From the NCBI GenBank assembly GCA_965235115.1, contig OZ249439.1, forward strand, positions 13,702,001-13,766,000: a stretch of 64,000 nt of DNA, written 5' to 3'. Made by a program: the position numbers and the translations under genes. Below the pieces are notes generated by a model. That model saw only the letters and a program-made list of their open reading frames with translations, was not told the DNA's origin and did not search any database. Position 1 is the stretch's first letter; each line of letters opens with the position of its first letter. This DNA comes from Laetmonice hystrix (Eukaryota). Positions 11,260-23,804 of this stretch are shown in pieces.

Positions 11260-11455
11260 AGCGGCTCAGCCCGTTACATTGCGCGGCGACAGGGGGCGCT
11301 CTCTCAATCTGCGCCGAGTTGATCAAGGCGGGCGCCATATTGGACGCTGCTGACGTCACCAACCAGACGCCGCTCAGTAAGGCTATCCTGGCAGGTCACG
11401 TGCAGGTCGCCGAACTACTGCTCCGGGCGGGATCCAATCCTAACGCCACCTTACA
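11260..11455 (+). CDS. ASB-family gene exon 3: (E)RLSPLHCAATGG...NQTPLSKAILAGHVQVAELLLRAGSNPNATL
   Basis: TTGCAG acceptor and GTAAGT donor, 196 nt (phase 1 to 2), two ANK repeats. Confidence 0.95.
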
Positions 11456-11750
11456 GTAAGTGCGGTCTGAACAGGTCTGACCGCTTCTAAACTTTATTGC
11501 CATGTTTAAGAAAATCGGGCAAAATACTTTCAATTTTGATATATCCTTACACTAGTAGGCCTAATTCGTGAAAACTTATGGTGCTTAGTTCTATTATCGC
11601 AATATTAATTAAATGAAGCATCCCTTCGTAAAAAGGGATTTGTTGGATAAGACATGTTGAAGTGTAACTGAATTATTTAGCTATCAATAAGAAGTTTGTC
11701 ATACGTCAGTGTAACATGAATACCTTGTATGGTTGAAGAGATAACGACAG

Positions 11751-11867
11751 TGAGCAGATGCCGGGGGTATTCCTACCGTTACATGAAGCGATCAGTGGAC
11801 TAAAGGAAGAGATCGCTACACTTCTGTGTCAGCACGGGGCGTGTGTCAACACCAAGGATGTCCATGG
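11751..11867 (+). CDS. ASB-family gene exon 4: (H)EQMPGVFLPLHEAISGLKEEIATLLCQHGACVNTKDVH(G)
   Basis: GACAG acceptor and GTGAGT donor, 117 nt (phase 2-2), ANK repeat. Confidence 0.92.
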
Positions 11868-13123
11868 GTGAGTATTACATATAGGCCAAGGTAGGGGGGG
11901 GACCGGTCATGGTCATGGCGGCGGTGGTGGTGGTGGTGGGGTGGGGAGTGGGGGCGGTGGTGGATCCAAAGGGGGGGGGGGCTAAAGAGGGCTCCAGTCC
12001 CCCCTAAATTCTGGACGATGCTATTCCTACTTTCTTTTATCATCCAATTATGACAATTTACCATATTTTTTGGTCTAGGCCGAATGATAATGTTTTGCCC
12101 CGATTGTTAGCGCCCCACCCACATGTGCAGCTAGGGGGGAGGGGGGGGGGTCGTGAGGAGAGGAGGTTGTAAGGGATTGGCCACACGTCATGTGTGGTAT
12201 GTACCTAATTTTCGGTGGCATTTTGATGTTAGGTCTTGGCAGTTAACTCGCTTCGGGGTAAACGACATATGCAAGAATGAAGTAGAAGGTTTAGCTAAAC
12301 AAATATGGATATCTTTTGTTTAGCACGTGTCGGATGAAGTGTCGTGCGGTTGGTGCCAACTAAACTAAAGAAAAGGGTTTATGAAGTGGTATACACACAA
12401 CCGTGGGCATACGCTCTGATGCTTGCCCATCTCCTCATTGTTAGTAACAAAGCAATGTTAGGGTCAATGTACAAACTTATAAATAAACATAGCATGTCAC
12501 GGGTCCCACTGAGGCGGTGACCTGCACGTCTCAAGGTCGTTTGTGGTGTGACAGTTGAGCTTTCAAACAGAACGCGATCTAGTAAGTCTTCGTTACCAAA
12601 CTTACTATACATCAGAACCAACATCGCTTATGTTAGAAGCAATACACTTCATACTTAAGAAATATTTAATTGTGAAAAGAAAGGCCGATGTTTGGAGAGG
12701 TGTACGCTCGCTCTATGTTAAACCAGTGGGGAATTGTGACGTAACGGAAGTTGCATGTCGCCAGCGATCTGACCTAGTTAGACCGAACCTCGTTTTCGGT
12801 CGCGAGACTTACGCTCCCTATAGCGCTATTTCCCAAGCCCGAAGACGCTCTGGCGTGCACACCGCAGTAAAACCTAATATAAACCCTTTCTGCTCAAGAA
12901 TGTATAAAGTTTGATCCAGAGCGAAAGTTGCCGAATACATTTATGAACATCAGAACCTCGTCCTCGAGGAATGTTATCTGAAAATATGAAAGGAAGCAGA
13001 AATTGAGGATTAATACCATATTTCTTTAAGATGTGTCGGTATATCAAATTTACTTGGAATTTACTTTATATATATATGTCCATGCGCCTTTATGACGTGC
13101 CACTCTGTGCTCCTCACATATAG

Positions 13124-13287
13124 ACGAACGCCGCTCCATCTGGCGGCGAGGCTGGGAAGCGGCCGTCTGACCCAGCTCCTACTCGAGCACGACGCGCTGG
13201 TGGAGGTGACCCAAGAGAACGTCACACCACTTCACCTGGCCAGCCGAGAGGGCCACCTGGAGGTGGCACGACTCCTCGTCAAGAACG
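13124..13287 (+). CDS. ASB-family gene exon 5: RTPLHLAARLG...VTPLHLASREGHLEVARLLVKN
   Basis: TATAG acceptor and GTATTC donor, 164 nt (phase 2 to 1), two TPLH ANK repeats. Confidence 0.95.
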
Positions 13288-14360
13288 GTATTCTCTGCCC
13301 CCACCCCCACTCCCGTGTCATTCTGCTCACGCACCTGATCGCGAGAACCTCCTCGGGCGTTGCGCTCTGTCATCGTTCACACTGGGGTACACAGTCCATC
13401 ACTCCCAGTCACGGTTTAACTCATTGTTACTCTAGGTCATCGAAGTAAAGGGGCCTCCTCTTTGTAGCACCACGACATAATCTTTCGTCCGTTCCAAACG
13501 CCGGTTAGTGACATAGTGATTGACTGAGGCCAAACCTTTATGATTTGCTAGTACATGTATTGTATTTGATAACGTGCCTACCCGTGCACAACCCTATCTT
13601 CAGACGCTGTCCCCGCCCCGTCCATGGTCTAACGGCGTGTTGAGGGTGGGGTCGTGCGGCAGTGAATGGGAACCAAGGAGGTATAGGCCAAGTCAGGGGC
13701 CAAATATTACAAAGAACTGTTAACACTGATAATGTCTTAGTTCCGGACAGGCATCAGGCTAATAAAATTACAGCGTAGGCCTCTCTATCGTTTGAATTTG
13801 TCCCAGATAGCGCCGAGAAAGCACTTTGAAAGAACTTGAAATGGCTCATTTTTGTGATGCAAGGCTTTATTTGACTGGAGTACGCAGGATGCGTGCGAAG
13901 GTTAATAGAACTAAAAAAACGGAACATCTCGGAGAGATAAAGTTTCGACCATCTCATACAATAGGTATAGATTAGACTGAAAGCGGGTATACGTACCACT
14001 CCAACATCTTCAGACGAGATGGTCTGCGGGCGACATGCACCAACACTTGTCTAATTCATCTTTTCGTGTCATCACTTTTTCCTGAGCAAATTGAAAGGCT
14101 GGCGGCGAGAGAAAGCCGCAGCCACAGACAGGTCGTCCCTGCACCTTGCCAAGTACTCTATTAGGCTGCTAGTCTGACCCTGTGTGTACCTTTCGGGTAA
14201 GAAAGCGTTGGTGGCATAACGCCGTCAAGGTTCAAAGACGTTGACTCGATGATCTCATACCTATTTTTAGTTCAGAAATGCGTATTTGAATGTTGTCCGT
14301 GCGGAATGCGGCTGGCAGAAAAACGGGCTACGCGGAAAGGACGAGATCATCGTCCAAACC

Positions 14361-14490
14361 NNNNNNNNNNNNNNNNNNNNNNNNNNNNNNNNNNNNNNNN
14401 NNNNNNNNNNNNNNNNNNNNNNNNNNNNNNNNNNNNNNNNNNNNNNNNNNNNNNNNNNNNNNNNNNNNNNNNNNNNNNNNNNNNNNNNNG
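14361..14490. other. Assembly gap (N run) in ASB intron 5
   Basis: Ns in the sequence. Confidence 1.
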
Positions 14491-14674
14491 AGAGACGGAA
14501 TTATTTCGTATAAGATGTGGTGGTTGTACTGCTTCATTCGAGCTATAATTAATGTCAAAATAATAGTTAAATGCCAATAAATTGACTCTGGGTATATATA
14601 AAATCTCGTACCAAATAAAAGTAATGTATGTATCTATTGTAGGCCTTTATGTAACCCTGAACATTTCCTTGTAG

Positions 14675-15552
14675 GTTGTAACGTGAATGTTCAGAGGAAA
14701 GGGTGGGGCTGCGAGTTATACACACCTCTACATGAAGCCACACTCAATGACCGTGGAGCTGTTGTCAAACTGCTCTGCTGGGCTCAGGCTAACGTTAATG
14801 CTCAGGATTACTACAGCAAGACAAGTCTCCACATTGCCTGCGAGAGGGGTTATCTTGGAATTGTCAAGACACTTATAGCATACGGGTGTGACACAAATAT
14901 CAAGGAAATCGGGGGGTATACGCCTCTATTCCGTGCAGTGAAACAAAAGAGGCTGTCTATAACCAAAGCTTTACTGAAAGCCATGTGCAATGTTGACGTC
15001 ACAGATGGTTCCGGGCGTACACCACTCCACCTGGCGGCAGAAAAGGGCATGCACGAGACGGTTGCTGAGATACTCGAGCACGGCGCCAGGGTGAAATGTT
15101 GCGACAAGTTTAAATGTACGCCATTACATTACAGTATTTGTAGCGGGAGCATTCGGTGTGTGTATGCCATCCTAAAACACGGTCATGATCTGCCCCCTAA
15201 CGAGTGTCAGGTGACGGAGCTGCTGCAGATCGTCATGACGACCACAAGGTACGAGCTGTTCAAGATGCTCGTCGCTATGGGCTGGAGGCCGTGCACGCGT
15301 GGCTTCACGACGCTGGCACAGTTCATCCGCGAGACGACAGCCATGGACGCGCTGTTAGCCTGGGTGGAGGCGGAGGCCTGCTCGCCACCAACACTCCTCA
15401 ATCAGTGCCGTAACGTCATCCGTCGATCTCTACTCCTACATACGGGTAACGTGTCCATCTACCGCACCGTCGACAAACTCAACCTCCCCAGTGACATGAT
15501 TGAGTTCCTCCAACTCAAAGACCTCCACGAGAAGTTTAAACTCAATGAATGA
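14675..15552 (+). CDS. ASB-family gene terminal exon: five ANK repeats plus C-terminal SOCS box
   Basis: TTCCTTGTAG acceptor, phase 1. BC box PPTLLNQCRNVIR and Cul5-box-like LNLPSDMIEFL. The six exons sum to 1578 nt (525 aa + stop). Confidence 0.96.
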
Positions 15553-15692
15553 GAATGTCGTAAAGTCAGAGATCTAGGTGTGCATCTTTAGTTGGAAGGA
15601 TGTCTGATAAAATATTGTCATATATCTCCCTTAAACGTGTCTGGTTCCGGTCAGTTTATGACGAATACGTCAAACATGTCTCGCGGCCCTCG

Positions 15693-15781
15693 AATAAATT
15701 TCGTAGTTTCTTCACTAAACTCTCTTCACTTGCACATAGTGTCGAGGTTCCTCCAACCCTCGCCAAAGACATCACAATAAA
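15693..15781 (+). terminator. Candidate polyadenylation signals of the ASB gene
   Basis: AATAAA at 15693 and 15776, 140-225 nt after the stop. Confidence 0.45.
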
Positions 15782-16212
15782 TAACCGAAAATTACACGGG
15801 CATTTAAGATCCTTGGATGACTCCTGAGTCATGTAAATAATCCTGCAGTTAGGCCAAGTTTGTTTTGTTTTGTGTCCACCTTGCGGGTCTATGATCATCT
15901 CGTATAGTAAATCTACGGGAGCAGGAAGTGGCAGGCAGATGGTGGGGGTCCTTGATCCGCAACATTCACACTGACTATCCGTATTCTCTATCCCTACGTC
16001 CTTTTTCCACCCAAAATACAAACATAAACGTGAAACTCGCATGTACTTCTTTATTTTGAAACAGTATCATAAACATAACATTTTACAGCCAACCATTTCA
16101 GCAGGTTAATCGAGAACCATATCATGTGACAAAAGTGTTACAACTAAAGCAGTCAATCAAAATGGCCCTGGCCACGCGACCTCTCGCCGTATCCTTCACC
16201 ACACACTGACAA

Positions 16213-16343
16213 CCGGAAGTCGAGGACTCGCACGACGTATGCTGACGTCATGACGCGCATCGCGTGACATCGCTCGGTAGGTGGCGCTTTCAAGCGGCAA
16301 TCAATGCCTATGAAAACAGTCCTGACCTTGCCATGATGACGTA
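16213..16343. promoter_or_regulatory. Motif cluster: ETS, CRE x2, CTCF-like
   Basis: CCGGAAGT 16213, TGACGTCA 16243, TCGGTAGGTGGCGCT 16274-16288, TGACGTAA 16336. Confidence 0.45.
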
Positions 16344-19300
16344 ACCTGAGCTCTTCTTTTATAGAGAGCCGTGGACAATCGAAATGGTTTTACCCACAGT
16401 TAGACAGAAATTCACACAATCGCAGATACATGTACATATATGCATGCGACCAAGACAGGATCTAGCAGGGAAATATAATATAATTATTGACTAAATACCA
16501 GTCTACTCAAGTCTTTGGCAAACGTTACCTAGTCTTTGTCACAAATCAGCATGCAAGTCGATACCTTGAACGGCCAACGCTTCAGTCAGTTAAAAACGAT
16601 TCGGAAGAAAAAATAAATTATGAAAGAAGTTAACATATAAAACTGCCACTTTATCCGTTAGCCAACTCGTTGTCATTCTTGTTCACATTCTGCAAGGTTT
16701 AATCTTTAATAATAATGACAGGAGGTTATGAACCGAAGGCGCTCAGCGCTCACATGACATGGGCGCAGTATCTCGTCCCAAATACACTGGACCATAAGCT
16801 ACCCCTCCGCTGTTAACGAGGCGTAGGAAGGCCTCAACGTTTAACCATCTGAGATAAAGGGGCATGATATCTAGCCCAATATTCATCGTATAAATATATT
16901 CTCGTCATGCAAGCATCAGGTAGACTACAAAACTACTCCAACCAAGCTTTAGAAATGCCAGTTTTTGAGAACTGGGGTTGGACCCCTAACATTCAACACC
17001 AATGTTACATTGAGCACTATTGTTTAATTTCTGGTAGGGTTAGATGGGGTTGGTTATTAAGGGAAGGCCACGGTGACATGGCTGCTCCTCATGCTGCCAG
17101 GTTGGATCTCCAGAGATGATAAACCCCATCCCGCACCCCTCACACCGACCCCAAATTCTCATTCATGCCCTGTAAAATACAACGATAGAATGTTGGAGAG
17201 AATACGAGTCTCCTGCTACAATACTGGAACTGAGTGCAACACTTGGATCAGGTAAAAATAATCTGAGTGACACATCAGTCCTTTCGGTACTTTGGGCGTT
17301 TACCAAGTAATAAACAGGAAATGGGCCAGAAGGTGGCTTGGCTTTCTTCGACATCAGAAAGGTAACATGATGTGACGATGATGAGATATACCCCGTGTAA
17401 AGTAACGAAGTGCCTCGAGCTGGGACTAACGCTCCGTCAGCAGACAGGAGAAGTTTCTGTTTCATAGTTTTAGCGATCGGAGAGGAAGACAAAAGCAGTC
17501 AGTATGGAATGTTTTAATAACAAAATCTGCCTGGTTTTCTGTTGATGGGGATAAAACAAAATCTAATAGTCATAAGTTATAATTCAGTGTCCTTGACCTG
17601 ACCTGACCTGATCTTAAAACGACGTCTTAGTGGTCAATAAGTACTTTATACAAACAGAGAACTCGGGTCGACTATTACTTTCAGCGTTGGGAGAAGAAAA
17701 GAACTGTTTGTGACATTTAGTGGAGGTGGGTTGGAAGGCACACTTTCTATCTGTGATGATGGTCCAAGGCCACGCCTCTGTAATCGGAACTAATGACATC
17801 CCTGAGATGTATGGATCCAAACGAAGATAACCAAGGAATATTACAACCGCCACTTTGGCACAGTGTATGGTGTTGATTCTAGATTAGCTGTGGCTTAGCG
17901 TGGACCAATTGATCGAATTGGTGAATTCAATACGGGCCCAAGTCCACCTTCTTTCGAAAGTCATCTTTTGCATGATTTGGGCTCTTTAGATGACAAGGTT
18001 TTAATTTCTTTGCAAGAAGGTCCCAACTCCCAGTAAAATGGGGTTATTCTTAATGTATTTGACACGGTAAGTTCAAAACAGGCCCAATCCCTGGATTTGG
18101 GACTTCCTTGAACTGACAGTTGGGCCCTTATTGAATGCACCGATTCGATAGGAGTAGTTGATGTGTAGGTAGATGAACTACTGATTACCAAACACACGTG
18201 ATATCTGTAATATTTACAATCACTGTGGGCCACAGGTGGGCGTGAACAGGTCAATCATACACCAGTAAACCGGGCGACCCGGATGTAGTGAGGTCAGTAC
18301 TCGCCCTACCTGACCATTATACAATATGGCTAATTCGATTTACATCGGCCCGGGGTGAGAATCGGCCAGTGGTCAATCTGAACGATAAACTACGATAACA
18401 GCCTGGCGTTCACTTGTCGGAGAAGTTTGGGAATCAACTACACACTGACACCAGCCAGCCTGGAACTATCATTGGTTGGGTGATGATGATTTAGGCTCAA
18501 TCTATGGCACTCCCTGCTTGTATGGGTTCTGGAAGCAAGTGTGACTCTAGGAAGGTTCGTGTACACCACCTAAGGAGGCCACATAATAACATAGTCACAC
18601 GGAAGATCTTCGACGGGCCCTTTGGCTGTATTCTAGCCAACCAGCAGACAGGAATGGTCACGTGTTTAACTAATATCCTACTTGGCCACGGCCACTGCGA
18701 GGCTGCGTGCTGGGCCTGACGTCAAGGCGCTCAGGTCCAATATATTAAACAAAACACAAATCAAACAGCACATTTCTAGCCGACACTAAGCCTTTCAAAG
18801 GTAATTAAACATTTCCATTTTGGTTGTGATTGTCATTTTAGCTACTAATGCGGAATAATTGCCTAAGAATTCATTCATGGCATAGACAAGTTATACATAT
18901 TTCCATTTCCATGGTAACGCAGTAACTGAATTCTATTTACCTGTCTCCAGCAGGATTGTCAATAACATAGACATACACACTGCTATCTAATTATACATTT
19001 GCTCTTAAATACCATGCGTTGAATAATACCATTTTGTTTTAAAACTACATTTAATCAATATTAGCCCAGCAGCAACTGCTAGGCAGTCATGTCATTGGTC
19101 CACATGGAAGTTGCGCTGGCCCCTATACATGTTCAGGGCCAGTCATAGAACACCGTACTAACAAAAGGTTTTCACTGTATATATACAGATTCGTTTCAGA
19201 ACTGTTTGCACATGCATCATCACAAATAGTCACAAGTCTTTTTTCACATTAGAACGATTCCTAATATACAACAAATGCCATGTATAGATCTGTCTGTATA

Positions 19301-21246
19301 GTAGACATGGTCGAAAACCCCTGGTTCTAATACGCTGTACAAATTAACAAAATTACTTTATGGCATATAATATATATAACCTGTAGAGCAGGTATATCAA
19401 AACATTGTGTAGAGGAGCCCGACTGGACAATCCTCTATTTAGACAAAATATTGCTCAATCTATGGTAACATGAGTTGAGAATTTTCTAAGCATGCATGTT
19501 CTCCATATTTTTCTACTGGTAGCCTAACAATCGGCTTCTCGAAAACCAGTTTACATTTTAAAAAGAGGTGATGGACTTGACGGCATAAAAATACTCTCAC
19601 GCCTTTTCTAAATCAGGTGTGAAAAACAGCATGATATAGGTGTTGTCATATACCCTGTGGTATATTTATCCTACACGCCAGACTGACTATCTGACTGTCT
19701 GGTGGTCAGTGTCCAATAGAAGCATGTAACACAATGCACCTGACATTTGTTAGAGCTACGAAACATTCATCAATCAGCATCGACCAAACAAAATAACCCA
19801 GTGATTAACAGAGTCACCATATGGTTATTAACATTAATTGTCCTATGTACACACAACCTTCAGATCAGATGATCCAATGATCCACCAGTGTCATTTACAT
19901 AATACAAAGGTACCGAATATATACATTCTGGAGCTGTGTTAATCACAGGATTCACCACCTCGACCTCTCAGTGGGCGAGTTGGTGGGTAGATGTCGTATT
20001 GACCGTGTTTCCCTCCTCACATTGTGGTATGACGATCCCAGCTGCCCCCTCCCGCCCCCCGGCCCCCCGCCGCCTCCCGCCCCCGCCCCTCCCATGTATT
20101 GGTTCCCACCCCCGCCCTACCCTAATTGAGGGTCCACCTCCAACCCTCGAACCGTTACCGTCCACGGCCCAGCAGGTGATGTCCCAGATCTGGGTCGTTG
20201 TTGAAGAACTACCTGTTGATGGCCATCCACACGACCACACACACACTGATATGTTGGTATCCGAGTCCCCGGTCGTGATATGGTGGAGCTGCTCGGCCTG
20301 CCATGGCCAGGTCCAGGATTTCTAGGGATATAGCAGTCCTATTGGTCTCTACCAGGAGACCACACTCACTCTACCCCCCTCTCTACATGACGGGTTGGGG
20401 GTTCGGGGGACCCTGAGCCGTTAATACTGTCACCCCGGGTAGAACAGCTGCAAGTCCAGGCTCGATACAATCCTATCCAAGAAACAAAATCAAGTCGTCT
20501 ACGTTTTGCTGCCATCGTGTCCATTCCACCGTGCGTAACATCTTCAAACAATCAGCAGCTCCACAAACAGAATGAAGATAGAAAGTTCTGTCCTGATAAT
20601 GGAGTATACCTAACAATAACATTGAGAGCTCGGTGAAAAATCTCTTACTTTCCATAGCGGGTTATCTGTACGTAACAGGACTTGAGATGGTCAGTGGAAG
20701 TACTACTGAAAGTCATCTCCATGTCTGGGGACACTGCTCGGATTTACCACAATATAAGGTGAGGGACGGCTGACTGAGGGTTGGAATAGGAGTGACGACT
20801 ATTCCTGTCCGTACCGCCATTCCTTCAGTCAATGGCGATCCCGCCTGCCCTACAACCATCTTTCTTCCTATCCATCACCTGTATATACACATAATGTACA
20901 TACCTGTAATGTTTCTATTAATAAAACACAGCTTTGGCAGCATTAGGGCTAGGCTGTTGTTCCAGGACTGAATTCTACAATAAGAGTTCCCTGATATGCT
21001 GTTTGTGTAGAACTTTGATTAGACATCAGTGTTTGTGTAGAACTTTAATTAGACACCAGTGTTTTAAGCAAGATTAAAGCACTCGATATGCACAGCAGTT
21101 TAATTTGGTACGCATGTACTTACGTACATAGCTGCCACACTTTCAGGTAAGGAAAGTGTCATTTGAGCAGAAACAGAAATAAAACAGCTCCTTCTTTTTC
21201 TCGACATTAAAAGACATCTACTTCTTGGCTTACTTCCTACACATTC

Positions 21247-21858
21247 TGACGTCACCAACGACGTGACGTGACGTCATGTTCACACCGTTCGCACATACGC
21301 GGGTCAGGCCAGCACAACCCTCGGTGTCCTTACTACCTCGATACTGCCATATTCTCATCCCCATTATCACAATCTATCTGCAATGTACACAATCTGTGAG
21401 CAAATTTCACCCAATTTCAAAATGTGCAAATCAGGCTAATGGGCTCAGTTTGTGTCATGTTACAACCAACAGATCAACCACCATTTCAAAACATTCATAC
21501 AAAATATATACAAACTCTTCAACTGTTAATTTCACTCGTGTGAGCAAGTCGTTACAACAAACAAGGTAGGACGCAGACGACAATAGGACTACGCCTTCCT
21601 CGCAAATCACAGATCCCAGCGCCCTCTGGGGAGTATATTACTCAACGGCCAATAGTTCAATGAAGTAGAAACCCCTGGTGATCAAGACGGGAACCATGGA
21701 GTGGCCACGCGTTCGTGAACGGTTTAAAATGACAGCGACCATCCGACACCGTGTTTTGACACCCGACGGTCATGCCATCTTCATGTTGCCATGGCAGCAC
21801 AGTCTGCGGCCACGTGACCCTGTCGGCCGGGAGGCCAGCAGAGCAACATCTGACGTCA
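21247..21858. promoter_or_regulatory. Motif cluster 3' of KLF: three CREs, CTCF, X-box, E-box
   Basis: TGACGTCA at 21247, 21269 and 21851; CAGCGCCCTCTGGGGA 21617-21632; GTTGCCATGGCAGC 21785; CACGTG 21811. Confidence 0.45.
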
Positions 21859-22138
21859 CGACTGGGAAGCACCTGACTAGCAATTTGAAAGAATCTCTCA
21901 ACTGCATTTCTGAAAAAAACAACAAATTTAAACAATGATTATTGAATGAGGCCATAGATTATTGTACAGAATAAAACGTTCTCTTGCAGGACACTTGTTA
22001 ATTGTTAATGATACAAAACGATGTTAGCAGAACAGAAAAGTAGGCCTAAACCTTTTTGTCCTTACACAAGCCAGTTACTTATAAATGTAATTTGGGCAGA
22101 GTTTGTGGTGGTAAAGCGTCGACCTTACCGTCGGAAGA

Positions 22139-22333
<195 letters not shown>

Positions 22334-22655
22334 TTAGAACCGCATACCACACTTTATAAAACCACTTCAGTGTACCACCAGCGATAGGCTGAAGATTCAA
22401 CAAGTCGCTAAAGAAATCACACCAACCAGGTCGACAGCACACTCAAATACAAAGATTCACCAAAATAAATGTTAGATAAAAAGTGCCACCAGATTCGGTA
22501 CTAATCAAGGGCCGCCGAGTTCCAGACCAGATCCCGGGGCACATCTTGTTGCCGAAACCCTACCCGTAAGCCCTGCTGACAAGATCAATACATAGGTACA
22601 ATGGCCCTGTTGGCACTGGTCTACTATTGACCCAGTGGGTTAGGTATAAACGGAC

Positions 22656-22879
22656 CTGTGTGCGTGCGGCGGTGGGCCTTGAGGTGGGAACTCTTGGTGT
22701 ACACCTTGTTACAACCATCATAATCACACCGATGGATACGTCGTTTCTTCTCCGACGACCCGTGTGTGGGTGAGGAGGAGGCCGATGTGGACGTCTCGGG
22801 ACTGTCGGCACTCGGGTATGACACGGCCGGGAACGCATCCGTATACGGCCGCTTTTGACAGTGGATCGCTTGAAAATCT
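22656..22879 (-). CDS. KLF3/8/12: Kruppel-like factor exon: Ser-rich linker, KKRR NLS and zinc finger 1 ([28 protein letters not shown])
   Basis: TTTTCGACAG acceptor and GT donor, 224 nt (phase 2 to 1). Finger 1 closely resembles vertebrate KLF3/12 as I recall it; no Sp-type buttonhead box. Confidence 0.97.
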
Positions 22880-23150
22880 CTGTCGAAAACAAAACGTATT
22901 TCATCAGCAATCGCTCATCTGTCTCGCGCTGAAATTGCTTGAACGGCGGTTTAACGACAGTATATGATACATGAACTACAAAACTATATGATATATGACG
23001 TACAAAGCGATACATACGTTACTGAGTGAGTGAGTAGTTGTGGTTTTACGCCGTGTACATACGTTACTGATACCAATACAGTGAGGGGCGGCGCAATGCG
23101 AATGATTGGGGGGGGGGGGCGAAAAGAAGAGGTCGGAGAGTGTTACTCAC

Positions 23151-23226
23151 TGGTGTGCCTGTTTAATGCGCTCCAGGGGTAAAAGTTGTGAGGATCCTAT
23201 TCGTTGTTGGAGGTCGTCACGGTCAT
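23151..23226 (-). CDS. KLF3/8/12: Kruppel-like factor exon (D)DRDDLQQRIGSSQLLPLERIKQAH(Q)
   Basis: TTGTTTTAG acceptor and GTGAGT donor, 76 nt (phase 1 to 2), bridges both neighbouring exons in frame. Confidence 0.8.
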
Positions 23227-23804
23227 CTAAAACAAGATAAAGTAGTCAAGTCAAAAGGTGTACACTGCTGATGTAGTCTTTACATTACACAGCTTCCACA
23301 GCTGCTCGCTTTACCACATCCACTTCCATAAACAAATCTTTCAGCAGATTGAGCAGATGGGTCTTGGATTACAGCTTAATTCAGGGTCATTGAAGGTCGT
23401 CCCATGGTCAGGTCTGGATCCACTGCCCACTCTCTCTCTCCCTACTAACCACTCCTCCACCAATCGCCTGTTGGTTAAAATGAGTTTAATATCTAGCTTC
23501 AAGTTGGGTTGGAGGAGCCACGGGTGATCAAAATTAGTCTAAGTCCGAGGAGTAACTGCGGCAGTGTTTGGCCCAGGTACTTAGACTGTAACTATACCGA
23601 GTGACAAGAAGGATACAGCTGGCAGAGTGCCCTGGCAGACCACTCTTATTCCCCCACCCCACTCACACACCCAAACTCACCCCACCACAGGGCAGGTTGT
23701 GGTCTACCACGGATCTGAGGGCCGCCACAAATACAACAGTTTTTAATCGTTTTCAATTCATTGTATCGGACACCATTTCAAAAATTGTCTAAATTTGATG
23801 CCGT

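Noticed and set aside
11890-12150. GC-rich poly-G patches suggesting G4 or regulatory islands (also ~23080, 33540, 36580)
   Set aside because: They look like fragments of common dispersed repeats; no termini or TSD could be defined
23681-23713. 33-nt candidate KLF exon (SVVDHNLPCG)
   Set aside because: Phase 2-2 does not fit between the phase-1 donor at 27211 and the phase-1 acceptor at 23226
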